Below, one piece after another: positions 39,981 through 50,522 of a stretch of 53,402 bases of DNA; the first letter of the stretch is position 1; each line of letters begins with the position of its first letter. This DNA comes from Okeania sp. SIO2G4 (GTDB lineage Bacteria; Cyanobacteriota; Cyanobacteriia; Cyanobacteriales; Microcoleaceae): positions 1 through 53,402 of the forward strand of contig NZ_JAAHGW010000045.1 of NCBI RefSeq assembly GCF_010672295.1. Reading direction: 5' to 3'. Made by a program: the position numbers and the translations under genes. The notes under the pieces were generated by a model that was not told the DNA's origin, made no database searches, and saw only the letters and a program-made list of their open reading frames with translations.

Positions 39981-41031
39981 TTAAGGCAAAAAAAATCTTA
40001 AATTCAGGATAATTTAGCATCTAAAAAAAATCCTAAAAAATATAACAGGATGATTTGGGTTGTGTAGAAAATATCCTGAATCAAATTAAGAGGAAACAGG
40101 GAAAAAATATCCTGAATAAAGGGAGGGGGGAGAGGATATATTTTAAACTTTTCTCCTGTTCCATAAATATTTAATCAAACTTGATATAACTGATACTAAA
40201 TCTGATTTAGATAGGTTACTTGTTAAGGTAGTAAATATTTATCCAAATGGTTAAATTCAAACAAATCAATTTCTTAAAGTGCTGAAAGTGTTAGTTTTTC
40301 AGGAGTTAATTCTTGAGCAAATTGGAAAACAAAATTTTCTTGCTGTTTAGTTTCTATTGTGTATTGAAGAGTTTCTCTGACCTTAGCGATCGCCTCACTA
40401 TCAGTTCCGGTGCTCCCTACTCCCTCTCTTGGTGAGCGTTCCTTGCCTTGGTCGATTGGATATGGCGTTAGCGCAACGGATCTGCCAGAGCGGGTTTCCT
40501 CGCCATTTCACCCTACGGGAAGCTCCAAAGATCGACCGCTTGCGTCTGTCGCACCCCGCGGGGTCGCACCGCTGCTCCCTACTCCCTAAATTTTTGATTG
40601 TGGTTATTCAAACAGACATGATATAATAGTAAAAATCCTTAAAAAAAATTTAGAGACGCGATCGCCCACATCTCTAAAATTACTATTCGACTATTTCAGC
40701 CAGAATTGATATCCTCTCGACGTTGCGCTTAGGCGACAACGTGGGATTCCTAACCATCACTGATTAGGTTTTTCTGTTCCCTCTTGCCTCCTCCGGAGGA
40801 GCTGCGCTAACAGAGGATCTGCCTCCGAGGTCTTTCCCTCTTTTTGGTCTTAAGGTCGCTCCACAGTACGTCACCAATCCGATGGCTCCCCTAGACACTG
40901 CTAGCCCAGTAGCCTCAATTTAAGTATTATAGCACATGGTTTGAAAAAAACCCAATATTGATTGGTTTTCCCATAGGATTATCCCGCACTCTCCTGAGGG
41001 CGGGTCTTCAACCAACGTTGAAATAAGTAAC

Positions 41032-42516
41032 TTAATTATTGCGTGACACAGAAGCCTCTTCTACAAAATTGTCACCATCTCTCCTCTGATTTTTAGGAGA
41101 AGGTTTTTGATGACGAATCTTCGGTGAGCGTGGCTTTGGCTTTGGCTTCGGAGTTTCATAGACAGGGATTTCTTCCTCCTGAGCATAATCAGGCCCCATC
41201 CAAGCAGGACGAGTTTCATCATAAGCTATTTGTAAAGCTGCTGCAGCGATCGCATGGGGGTCATACTCTTCACCCAACTGAGCAATCAATGGTAAGAAAG
41301 AAGCCATTCGTTCCCCACTCAGAGCATCTCGTACCTTATTCTGTAACTTCTGCAACTGTCGGGCTTCAATTTGAGACCGCTTAGGAATCGAGCGAGTATC
41401 CAAACGTTGACGTAGATGACGTTCTATCAACCGTAACTTCCGCTTATCTAAAGGATTAATTAACGAAATCGCTGTACCTTCACGACCTGCACGACCTGTA
41501 CGACCAATACGGTGAACATAATTTTCCACACTATCAGGTAAATCGTAGTTAATCACATGAGTTAAGTGGTCCACATCTAAACCACGAGCTGCAATATCAG
41601 TTGCCACTACCCAACGTACTTGTTGATTACGAAAGCGACTTAGCAACCGTTCTCGTTGGGATTGATTCAAGTTACCATGATATTCATCAACACTATGACC
41701 TGCTGACTGTAATTGGTTTGTTAGTTCAGCCGCTGCTTGCCTTGTCCGCACAAATATCAAAGCTGCTTCTGGGTCTTCGAGTTCTAGAACTGGCTGTAAG
41801 GCTTTAGCTTTCGGCCAACCACGAGGCACCATGTAAGCAATCTGAGAAATTCGCTTCGGAGTTGTCTTTTGTTGAGCAACTTTGACTGTTACTGGCGATC
41901 GCAAATATTTATTCACCAGTTTCTTGATTGAGTAGTCCATGGTAGCAGAGAAGAAAGCTGTTTGATGTTCAGTGGGTGCTGCATCCAAAATTCTTTCTAC
42001 ATCCTGAATAAAACCCATACTCAACATTTCGTCAGCTTCGTCTAAAACCATCATTTTCAAACTATCTAGTTTTAAACTATTGCGACTCAGCATATCCAGA
42101 ATCCGTCCTGGCGTTCCAACTACGATATGAACACCTCTTTGAAGGCGCTGAATCTGACGTTCAATAGATTGACCGCCATAAACAGTTAAGACCTGTAATC
42201 GATGTTTCGTTGGACTCTTGTTATCCAAACCAGCAATTTGACGAATCGCTTCTGTAACTTGCAGCGCTAACTCACGAGTGGGAGTCAAAATCAAAGCTTG
42301 AACTGCCTTTGTCTCCAGGTCAATTCTCTCCAATATGGGTAACGAAAACGCTGCGGTTTTACCTGTTCCTGTTTGGGCTTGACCTACAATATCGGTTCCT
42401 GCCAGCAAATGAGGTATTGCTTGGACTTGAATCGGAGTAGGTTCAGTAAAACCAATTGTTTCCAGATGATTTACACGCTCTTGTGAAATTCCTAAATTTG
42501 CAAACGATAAATCCAT
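41032..42516 (-). CDS. DEAD-box ATP-dependent RNA helicase (CrhR/DeaD-like) with a basic C-terminal extension
   Basis: Q-motif and motif I (AQTGTGKT), DEAD (VLDEADEMLSMGF), SAT (FSAT), HRIGRTGRAG. I place the start at the ATG at 42516 (MDLSFANLG), which has an AGGAGA RBS 5 nt upstream. The longer ORF reaches 42561. Confidence 0.85.
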   Translation of the reverse strand: MDLSFANLGISQERVNHLETIGFTEPTPIQVQAIPHLLAGTDIVGQAQTGTGKTAAFSLPILERIDLETKAVQALILTPTRELALQVTEAIRQIAGLDNKSPTKHRLQVLTVYGGQSIERQIQRLQRGVHIVVGTPGRILDMLSRNSLKLDSLKMMVLDEADEMLSMGFIQDVERILDAAPTEHQTAFFSATMDYSIKKLVNKYLRSPVTVKVAQQKTTPKRISQIAYMVPRGWPKAKALQPVLELEDPEAALIFVRTRQAAAELTNQLQSAGHSVDEYHGNLNQSQRERLLSRFRNQQVRWVVATDIAARGLDVDHLTHVINYDLPDSVENYVHRIGRTGRAGREGTAISLINPLDKRKLRLIERHLRQRLDTRSIPKRSQIEARQLQKLQNKVRDALSGERMASFLPLIAQLGEEYDPHAIAAAALQIAYDETRPAWMGPDYAQEEEIPVYETPKPKPKPRSPKIRHQKPSPKNQRRDGDNFVEEASVSRNN

Positions 42517-42813
42517 TAATTCTCCTAAGTAAATTATTTGACATCTGGTTTTGTTACCCAACTTGGAGGCAGATTTATGCTCAACTATAGCTGCTTATCA
42601 GCCCTTGCTCACGATAAACCTGTAGTTATTTGGTAGGGCAATGCCTTTGCCAATCACAGTCTCTACTAAACTGATAGCATTAGAGTTAGTAGCTAAAATT
42701 TTAGTAGTGTCTGTGTGTTCTTAACGGCTAGGTTTTAACCTGAAGATCGACGACAGAATTAAAGGCAAAATGCCTGTTCCTTTTCTCCCTAGTTGGGTAT
42801 AGTGAAGTACCTG

Positions 42814-42949
42814 CTGCTCTATAAAACTGGTACAAAGCGTCACATAAAGTGACAAATTGACGTTTACTTCTTGCTTCAACTGAGGCCGTCGGCGGTTACT
42901 CATCCACAAGTATTTACGGTCGAGCCGACCGCATCTCTCAAATTTATAC
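42814..42949 (+). repeat. copy 2 of the ~135-bp conserved dispersed element
   Basis: CTGCTCTATAAAACTGGTACAAAGCGTCACATAAAGTGACAAATTGACGTTTACTTCTTGCTTCAACTGAGGCCGTCGGCGGTTACTCATCCACAAG... It lies in the long 5' region of the DEAD-box helicase gene, antisense to it. Confidence 0.8.
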
Positions 42950-43865
42950 TGGCGTTTAAATCTCCTCAAAAGGAGAATCCACGCAGCCACCCTGCTTCTC
43001 AAGGCGGATAAATTCTGATTTTTTTTGTAGAGGCTTTCCGATTTTACAGGCAGACAAACATGAACATTATTAAGTTATGTAGTTTGTCTGATTACCTGAA
43101 CTACCGCTAGTACATATACTAGAAAATTTACATTGTTTCTAAGACCTTTTAAGTAGGTCAGGCAGGTTATCAACCACTACAATATCAACAATATAAGGAT
43201 AAAGATATAGAGATTACTACCATCTCACAGATGTCAATCTCAGGAATTTTAAACCCCTGTGATTGAGCCTTCTTTCGTCTCACTCTTAAACCTATGGCTA
43301 TAGACAGGAATTTCCTAGAGGGACTTTTTCCCAAAGATTAGAGCCTATATTTGGCGATCATTAAGCTGTTGTATATATCAAGTTATCGTTGGACAAAGGA
43401 AGAAAAAATGACCTTAATTTTGAGGTTTTCCATGTCCCCGCATATCTACCTAAGTTCCCGTAGGTATTTTATGATACTTAACAGCTTGCTTTGGGTACCT
43501 TGTCTTTATCTTCATAATCATTAACATAATAACAAATGACTTAACATTTGCCACATTTATTACATATTTTCCTGGAATTAACTTAATTTTTTAGATTTTG
43601 TACATTGATGTAGAGGTTTTGGGACATTATACACTTTTTACAGAAGTTACTTAAAAGTGATACAGGCGTTACATATAAAGTCTGTAAAGCAATCAAAGTT
43701 AAGAATAATTTCTGATGTATATATTGTAATGTGTTAAGATTTTAAGTTGGGCAAGAAGTCTAGTATAGTTTATATCTTCATAAGTATCATTTAGTTGCAA
43801 GACTTTATGTGTCTAATGATGCTTTGGCAATCCCTAAAAATTTACCCTACACTTCAACTGAATGA

Positions 43866-45197
43866 CTAATTGCTTGATTTACTCAAATCTACATAACCAT
43901 ACAAATCGTAAACATCTGCATCTGTAATCATCACTGGCACAATTGAACCCAAACGAGCTTTACCTTGGAGATAAACAAGTCCATCCACTTCTGGAGAAAA
44001 CCGTGGTGACCTACCAATCAACTCTCCTGTCTGAGGATTTTCCTGTTCAATCAGTACATCAACTACTTGTCCCACTGATTTTTGATTCTGTTTCCCAGAT
44101 ATGGGCTGCTGGACTTGCATAATTTCTTCTCTGCGGGCCTCCATCACCGCTTTGGGTAACTGATTAGGCAAAGTATAGGCGGGTGTTCCTTCTTCTGGAG
44201 AAAAAGTAAATACCCCAACATGATCAAACTCGTGGCGCTTGACAAATTCTACTAAATGTGCATGATGCTCTTCCGTTTCACCAGGGAAGCCCACTATAAA
44301 GGTTGTCCGCAACACGGCATTGGGCATAGCTGCTTTTATTTTTTCGATTATATCATCATTAACCCGACCTTGCCAAGGTCTATTCATGGCCTGCAATATT
44401 TGGGGATGAGAATGTTGTAAAGGCAAGTCTAGATAGGGTAAAATATTGGGAGTTTCTTGAATAGCAGCTATTACTTTGGGAGTCAAACCTGTAGGATAGG
44501 CATAGTGCATTCTAATCCAGGGTATATCAACTTTTCCTAGGGCGCGGAGAAGTTCGGCGAGTTTGGGTTCGCCATAAATATCGATTCCATAGTTAGTGGT
44601 TATTTGGGAGATGAGGATGATTTCTTTTACCCCTTGGTCTGCTAGTTGTTGAGCTTCAGTGACAATAGATTCTATGGTGCGCGATCGCTGATTTCCTCGT
44701 AGATGAGGAATAATACAAAAAGCACAACGATAATCACAACCTTCAGCTATTCGCACATAAGCAACTCCTTCGGATGTGGTGCGGTAACGTGGGGTTGTTT
44801 CATCGGCAATATAGGTGGGTTGAGGGGAGACTTCTGTGACGCGATCGCCTTTTTCTACCCGTTGCATCACATCAACTATTTTATGATAATCACCAGTCCC
44901 CACAACTGCTACTGCTTCTGGTAACTCTGCAAGTAATTCTTCTTGGAAGTGTTGCGCCATACAACCTGCGATGACTATTTTTTTGTTAGCTTCTGCTAAT
45001 TCTACCAAAGTACGAACAGATTCTTCTCTGGCAGTTTGAATAAAACTACAGGTGTTAACGACTACATAATCTGCTAATTCTTCGTTAGCATCTACTTGAT
45101 AACCCGCTTGTGCTAGTAAACCTATGATATGTTCGGTATCGATACGATTTTTTTCGCACCCTAAGTGAGAGAATGAAATGGTAGGTTTTGTAGACAT
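43866..45197 (-). CDS. rimO: ribosomal protein S12 methylthiotransferase RimO
   Basis: MTTase N-terminal domain ([16 protein letters not shown]), radical-SAM cluster motif CDYRCAFC and C-terminal TRAM domain, 443 aa. Confidence 0.85.
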   Translation of the reverse strand: MSTKPTISFSHLGCEKNRIDTEHIIGLLAQAGYQVDANEELADYVVVNTCSFIQTAREESVRTLVELAEANKKIVIAGCMAQHFQEELLAELPEAVAVVGTGDYHKIVDVMQRVEKGDRVTEVSPQPTYIADETTPRYRTTSEGVAYVRIAEGCDYRCAFCIIPHLRGNQRSRTIESIVTEAQQLADQGVKEIILISQITTNYGIDIYGEPKLAELLRALGKVDIPWIRMHYAYPTGLTPKVIAAIQETPNILPYLDLPLQHSHPQILQAMNRPWQGRVNDDIIEKIKAAMPNAVLRTTFIVGFPGETEEHHAHLVEFVKRHEFDHVGVFTFSPEEGTPAYTLPNQLPKAVMEARREEIMQVQQPISGKQNQKSVGQVVDVLIEQENPQTGELIGRSPRFSPEVDGLVYLQGKARLGSIVPVMITDADVYDLYGYVDLSKSSN

Positions 45198-45277
45198 TTA
45201 GAGTTCTGAGTTATTAATTTTGATCGGGAATAGTCTTTATAATATAGCATATTACCTATGGCCAAATAAGGTATGGC

Positions 45278-45365
45278 AGTCGAAGGAAAGGGTGCGAACA
45301 GATCGAGAGCTTAAAACTCAGACAACACAATATTTTTTCTTTTTCCTTCTTCCTTCTTTACTTCT
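45278..45365 (+). repeat. short dispersed repeat GCAGTCGAAGGAAAGGGTGCG..AGCTTAAAACTCAGACAAC..ATTTTTC + TTCCTTC STRR (one of 3 copies)
   Basis: Other copies at 30545..30640 and 31790..31885, same orientation. Each is followed by a CTTCCTT heptamer tract. Confidence 0.8.
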
Positions 45366-45501
45366 TCCTTCTTCTTTCTGCTATAAAGCAAGTCAAAGGT
45401 CTTAAACAGACAAAAACTGGCATTAAATCCTAGAATTTGGCATCTGCCAGTCGAAAAATAAGAGTTAAAAATTAATATTGATTTTGTGAAGAAGTTCAAA
45501 G

Positions 45502-46494
45502 TTAATTAGCGGGTGTCAAAATAATTACTGTTCGCTGATTGACATCAGCAGCAGGATCGCTACCAGGGAGTGGTTGAGAAAATCCCATTCCTTTGCCAAC
45601 AACCTGATATGGTAAATTCTGCTGTTTCAAATATTCGACTACTGCATTTGCTCGGTCTTGAGATATTTCTTGGTTTAACTGAGCACCACCGACCTGAGAT
45701 GTATGACCTTCAACTCTAATCGTAACTTTATTAGGATCGTATTCTTTAATTTCTGAGATGAGACTATTTATAGTTTGCTCTGCTTGGGGAGATAATTCAA
45801 ATTCATCAAATCCAAATTTTACTTGACCTAAAGTTTTGGCTTTACTCAAATTCTTGCCTTGTGGTTGAGATGTTGTAGATGTGTTAGTAGAGGTAGCAGC
45901 AGAAGTTTCGATTTCTGGCGATGATGTAGCAGTTGGTTGTGCAGTTCCAGATCCAGAGGTAGTAGTAATATTAGTAGTAGGTGATACGGTCGCAGATGGA
46001 GAAGTAGATACTGAGCTAGTAGTTGTTTCAGTGTCTGTGGTTTCTGTAGTTGTAGTTATAGACTCTGCTTCAGTGGTTGTTGTATCAGTTGTAATAGGAG
46101 TGGGAGACTCTGCTGTAGTAGTTGTTTCGGTTTCTGTGGTTTCTGTAGTTGTAGTTATAGACTCTGCTTCAGTGGTTGTTGTATCAGTTGTGATGGGAGT
46201 GGGAGACTCTGCTGTAGTAGTTGTTTCGGTTTCTGTAGTTTCTGTAGTTGTAGTTATAGACTCTGCTTCAGTGGTTGTTGTATCAGTTGTTTCAGTTTCT
46301 ATTCTTTGTACTTGAGTAACTTCTGTTTTATCATCTACATCTTCAGTTTCAGTCAATTGAACATCAATAGTAGGTTTTTCAAAAGCTTTAGGACCTGCAA
46401 ATGCCCAAGCACAAATCATCATAAAGCCCATACATCCTGCTAAGATACTAGGACTTAAAGTTTGTTGGTGATGTATTTTTTTTTCAGCAGTCAT
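45502..46494 (-). CDS. OmpA-family peptidoglycan-binding protein with Thr/Glu-rich tandem repeats
   Basis: The C-terminal OmpA/MotB domain (VRVEGHTSQVGGAQLNQEISQDRANAVVEYL) follows ~2.8 copies of a 34-aa repeat (102 bp) (TETTETETTTTAESPTPITTDTTTTEAESITTTTE). An N-terminal TM/signal segment is present. Confidence 0.75.
   Translation of the reverse strand: MTAEKKIHHQQTLSPSILAGCMGFMMICAWAFAGPKAFEKPTIDVQLTETEDVDDKTEVTQVQRIETETTDTTTTEAESITTTTETTETETTTTAESPTPITTDTTTTEAESITTTTETTETETTTTAESPTPITTDTTTTEAESITTTTETTDTETTTSSVSTSPSATVSPTTNITTTSGSGTAQPTATSSPEIETSAATSTNTSTTSQPQGKNLSKAKTLGQVKFGFDEFELSPQAEQTINSLISEIKEYDPNKVTIRVEGHTSQVGGAQLNQEISQDRANAVVEYLKQQNLPYQVVGKGMGFSQPLPGSDPAADVNQRTVIILTPAN
46014..46300. 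repeat. 102-bp tandem coding repeat (x~2.8) inside the OmpA-like gene
   Basis: Near-identical 102-nt units at 46030, 46132 and 46234 (AGTGTCTGTGGTTTCTGTAGTTGTAGTTATAGACTCTGCTTCAGTGGTTGTTGTATCAGTTG...). Confidence 0.85.
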
Positions 46495-46750
46495 ATCTAA
46501 TAATATAGCTCCAAACTAGGTTGATCTGAAATAACTTCTATTAAACTAATATGATATTGATAGAATCAGCAACTGGCAAAAAATCCAAAATCATTGAGAT
46601 TCTTGTTATTATTTATAGCAGCATTTTATGACAAATGGAATAAATCGTAAATTATTTTTTTTAAGTTCTTTATATCCTTTTAATATTACTATTTAATATT
46701 ACTATATTCTAAATAAATTGGATTTTAATTGAAAATTAAATATCTTAAAG

Positions 46751-46775
46751 AGACGTTCCGCCAGAACGTCTCTAG
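46751..46775 (-). terminator. stem-loop directly downstream of the small ORF (intrinsic-terminator-like)
   Basis: AGAGACGTTC-cgcca-GAACGTCTCT forms a perfect 10-bp stem with a 5-nt loop. It lies 20 nt after the stop of the 46-aa ORF and is followed by UUAAGAUAUUUAAUUUUC on the minus strand. Confidence 0.45.
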
Positions 46776-46795
46776 AAAACTTGTATTGTTGTTAA

Positions 46796-46936
46796 CTAGC
46801 CAACTGTATAAGCGGTACTAAGTCCCCACAAAAGAAGCAAGACTATTGCACCTAGAATCACAATCGCAGAAATGGCGATCGCGCTGGGAGTATCTGCTCC
46901 CTTAAATTTCATTATTCCACGGTCAAGGTCTGACAT
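46796..46936 (-). CDS. small (46-aa) single-TM membrane protein
   Basis: ATG at 46936 preceded by an AGGAGA RBS 8 nt upstream. Encodes MSDLDRGIMKFKGADTPSAIAISAIVILGAIVLLLLWGLSTAYTVG. It is followed by a perfect hairpin. It is below the 60-aa cutoff of the ORF track. Confidence 0.4.
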   Translation of the reverse strand: MSDLDRGIMKFKGADTPSAIAISAIVILGAIVLLLLWGLSTAYTVG

Positions 46937-47906
46937 AATATTTATCTCCTAATTATGTTTTTGATTTTAGCTAAGATTTTCTGGAAATATGTCTATATTG
47001 CTACTATATTTTCTCCCATTTCTGTTTATGATTTGTCTCTAATATTAAAATAATAATAAAGATTGGCAATGGTCATATTTTAGGCCGTTTATAAATTAGA
47101 TAATTCTATGATTTTGTCATCAGTGTTAATTAATTATTGACTGAGATCAGACTCAAATTGTTTCCTAATCTAATCAGGGGTGTTAAAAAAAGGGAAGATA
47201 CTTCAGAATATGATAATTATTCTGGTAATTCTGAGCAGGTTAAAACTGAGGAGGAATCTGAGCAAATTAATGAAGTTTTGCATGTTTAAACAGCAGATTC
47301 TCAGGAGTTATCTCAAGATATTAGTTTGCTCAGGGATTTTTTATACTTATTTGTACGGTTCTCTTTACAATCCAAGGGCTTAATTTACTTTTTAAATGTT
47401 CGGGAAATTAAGAAGAATGGATTTTATGTTTTTTGAACGCAGCACATAAACAACCAGAATTAATGTTGATGATGATATTATTTATTCCAAGTATCACAGT
47501 TTCATTGTTTGTGATTTACTGGCTAATACTTCAGTTTATTAAAGCTCTGGCTTTGCTTAAGCAAAAGTTTCTTGAAATATACTTCTCCGACATTAACTTT
47601 AATCCCTTGTAATACCTGGGAAAAAACTTAGTTTCCGGAGATGAATAATCCAGAAATAGGAAGGTAAAAAACATCAAAAAATTCCCGAAAAAAAAATGAT
47701 ATAAATGTTAGGTAGATTGCCTTCTCTAAATATAGAAGCTAGAAATAAGAATTGTTTAGATAGATCGGTTCTGACAATATGTAGATAACGACTGTACAGA
47801 TCTCTACATTTATAATGATAGCTTTTTGTCGAATATCTTTACTCACTAATAACTTTGATTCAGGTATAATAATAATATCTCAATAAAAGATTAAATATAT
47901 ATACCT

Positions 47907-50522
47907 ATGGATACTGCAAAAATTAGCACCGAATCAGTAAAGTTACTATCTATTATTACTGGCAATAAACTAAGCAAAAGAGATATTAATCCACCAGTAT
48001 TGTTTCTGGCAAATTTAGTCATCATATTGATAGGTGTTATTTATGCAGATGGGAAAGTAGCAGAGGAAGAAAGAGCAAGATTAAAAATTACCCTCCATAA
48101 ATTTATCCCGCCGAAAGGAAATATCTTGGAATTAACTAAGTTAATGATTAAAGGAGTATCAAAGCAACATCTTTACAAAAAAATTGAGGCGATTTTGACA
48201 TTAACTTATCCTCTGTCTCCTCCAGAAAAATTGTTATTAATTTGCTTTGGTTATGAGATGTCTGCTGCTGATGGAAATATTGATGTACGAGAAAAAAAAT
48301 ATTTGGAAATTATTAGTCGTAAGTTAGGCATTAAAACCAAACATTTGCAGGTATTAGAAGCAGGATTTACTCATCAAGAAAATTTCGCCCATAAGGCAAT
48401 GGAGGAAGTGGCATATTTACTCAATCCAGCACGTTTCCATCAGTTAGATAATATTTTTGTCAAAGCTGCTAGTGAAATGCTAAATTCACTCTTACCCAAC
48501 TACAATCAAAATCAAAACAAAAAAAATCAGCCTCAACAAACTGTTGTTTATCAAAGATTAAAAGAGTTTCAAAAATATAAACAACAATTGCATAATCTTT
48601 GCTCCGAAATTTATCAAATAGTTACAGTATCAACTGAGAGAGATTTACTGCCCAATACTTTAATATCTGAAGTAAATAAAATATTAAAAAAATTCCAATC
48701 CCAAAAATTCCGAGTTGCAGTGGTTGGAGAATTTAGTCAAGGTAAATCAACCTTATTAAATGCTTTGTTAGGAGAAGAAATTCAACCAGTCAGAGAAATT
48801 CCTTGCAGTGGCACAGTTACAGTTTTAAAATATGGCGAACAAAAGCGGGTAATTTGTCGTGATAAAAATGGTAATGAGATAGAAATTTCTTTAGCAGAAT
48901 ATCAGGAAAAATCTACTATTTCAGAATCAGCAGCTTTAGGAGATATGAGTCAAGAATTAGCACACTCAGAGATAGAATCAATATTTTTTGAACATCCAGA
49001 TTTAGAGTTATGTAAAAGTGGGGTAGAAATTATTGATTCTCCTGGTTTAAATGAAAATCCTAACCGTACAGCTATTACTCAAAAACTATTAGAAGATACT
49101 GATGCAGTGATTTTCTTAACTAATGCTTCTCGACCATTAACTCAAGGGGAACAAGAGTTAATTCAAAGTATAAAGTTGCAGTTAAATGGGAATCAAATTA
49201 ATTTACCTGCAGATAATTTATTTGTGTTGGTGAATTTTCTAGATTTGGTCAGGAGTGAAAAAAGCCGTCAGCAAATTAGGCAACGATTAGAAAATTTTGT
49301 ATTTGGTGAAAAACCGATTATTTCTACTAATAGTCATTTACATTTTATTTCTGCTCAAGCTGCTTTAGATGCAATTTTAGAGAGTGAAGAAAATGAATAT
49401 TTAACCTCTTTTAATAATTTTACAAAGTCCATAGAAAAGTTTCTGACTATTGAGCGAGGTGTTGTGGAATTTCAGCAGTTTGTAACTAAGATGAATAGTT
49501 TAATTTCTGAGTCAATAAAAGGATTAGAACAAGCAGAAAAAATTTTAGATGGTCAGGTGTATTTGCCGGAAGAGGCAAAACAGAAAATATTGGAAAAAAT
49601 AGGGGAAGCTAGTGAAGGGGATGTGAAAATTTTATCAACTACTGAAAAACTGAAAGATAAGAGTATTAAAAAAGTGGCTGAAGCATGGGTTCAATGGACA
49701 GAAGGATTGAGCGATCACTTATCTGAAAAAATTAATGAATGGGATTCAGAACATTCACCTCTTTGGGATAAGGAAAAAGTTATCAAAGATTATGCTGAAG
49801 GATTTACAAGTTCTCTTTCTACAGAATTAGAAAATTGGGGTAATACAGAAGTCAAGAAAATTGTGGTGAATAATTTACAGATTTTAAGTAAAGAAGTTTG
49901 TCAAAACTTAGAGGTTGTTAGAATGAATTTACAAGAGGTTGATGAGCAAATAAATTCTAATTTGAATGAGCAATTTAATTTGGCAATTAAAAATATTAAA
50001 GTAGATGGATTAGATATAAATTCTGTAATTAAGTTAGAAGAGTATGATGATAATGGAGGTGCTTTATGGGAAGGATTACAATTAGGTAGTCTCACGGCAG
50101 GTGCATTATTTATGTTTACAGGATTGGGAATTTTGCCTATTATTATAGCTGGGGGAGCAGTGGCTTTGATTAGCTCATTTTTTGGTATTGGTGGTGATGA
50201 AGAAAAAGCAGATATGAAAATTAAACAACAAGTTTATAATGTGGGTTTTCAAAAGTTTCAGGAGTCTTCTGAAGAAATACTTGATAAGGTTTGTGACAAT
50301 ATTGCTGAAGTTTTCTATACTCAGTTTAAATCTGTAAGTACGGTAATTGAACAGGCAATCTTGCTTTACGAAAATATCCTGGAACAACAAGATAAAGCTC
50401 ACAAAGAAACTCAGTCACAACTACAAGTTGAAAAAGTATTTATATCCACTAAACAACAGCAACTTAAACAAATACAAAGCCGACTTGAAATAATCTTAAC
50501 TCAAATTAGTGGGAGTAAATAA
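47907..50522 (+). CDS. dynamin-family large GTPase (bacterial dynamin-like protein) with an N-terminal TerB-like domain
   Basis: Residues ~30-150 form TerB-like repeats (YADGKVAEEERARL; MSAADGNIDVREKKYLEIISRKLG). The GTPase domain has G1 VVGEFSQGKSTLLNAL, G2 (Thr in SGTVTV), G3 DSPGLNE and G4 TNASRP. A long helical stalk follows, then a hydrophobic paddle LTAGALFMFTGLGILPIIIAGGAVALISSFFGIG as in BDLP. Confidence 0.8.
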   Translation: MDTAKISTESVKLLSIITGNKLSKRDINPPVLFLANLVIILIGVIYADGKVAEEERARLKITLHKFIPPKGNILELTKLMIKGVSKQHLYKKIEAILTLTYPLSPPEKLLLICFGYEMSAADGNIDVREKKYLEIISRKLGIKTKHLQVLEAGFTHQENFAHKAMEEVAYLLNPARFHQLDNIFVKAASEMLNSLLPNYNQNQNKKNQPQQTVVYQRLKEFQKYKQQLHNLCSEIYQIVTVSTERDLLPNTLISEVNKILKKFQSQKFRVAVVGEFSQGKSTLLNALLGEEIQPVREIPCSGTVTVLKYGEQKRVICRDKNGNEIEISLAEYQEKSTISESAALGDMSQELAHSEIESIFFEHPDLELCKSGVEIIDSPGLNENPNRTAITQKLLEDTDAVIFLTNASRPLTQGEQELIQSIKLQLNGNQINLPADNLFVLVNFLDLVRSEKSRQQIRQRLENFVFGEKPIISTNSHLHFISAQAALDAILESEENEYLTSFNNFTKSIEKFLTIERGVVEFQQFVTKMNSLISESIKGLEQAEKILDGQVYLPEEAKQKILEKIGEASEGDVKILSTTEKLKDKSIKKVAEAWVQWTEGLSDHLSEKINEWDSEHSPLWDKEKVIKDYAEGFTSSLSTELENWGNTEVKKIVVNNLQILSKEVCQNLEVVRMNLQEVDEQINSNLNEQFNLAIKNIKVDGLDINSVIKLEEYDDNGGALWEGLQLGSLTAGALFMFTGLGILPIIIAGGAVALISSFFGIGGDEEKADMKIKQQVYNVGFQKFQESSEEILDKVCDNIAEVFYTQFKSVSTVIEQAILLYENILEQQDKAHKETQSQLQVEKVFISTKQQQLKQIQSRLEIILTQISGSK

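Noticed and set aside
40640-41030. Possible tmRNA / RNase P RNA / tRNA gene in the GC-rich region after the helicase gene
   Set aside because: I could not find the diagnostic conserved strings on either strand (RNase P P4 GGAAAGUCCGGGCUCC, the tmRNA 3' tRNA-like end, or a T-loop GGTTCGAATCC). It is retained only as an unexplained structured non-coding region.
13552-42949. The two ~135-bp direct repeats as attL/attR of a ~29-kb integrated island
   Set aside because: The enclosed genes are core housekeeping genes (tldD, clpS, panE, helicase) with the same repeat and HIP1 composition as the flanks. No integrase or recombinase is present. The repeats are only ~88% identical. This is more likely a dispersed element family.
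45881-46315. 144-aa plus-strand ORF (V/S-rich)
   Set aside because: It is antisense to the Thr-rich tandem repeats of the OmpA-like gene.
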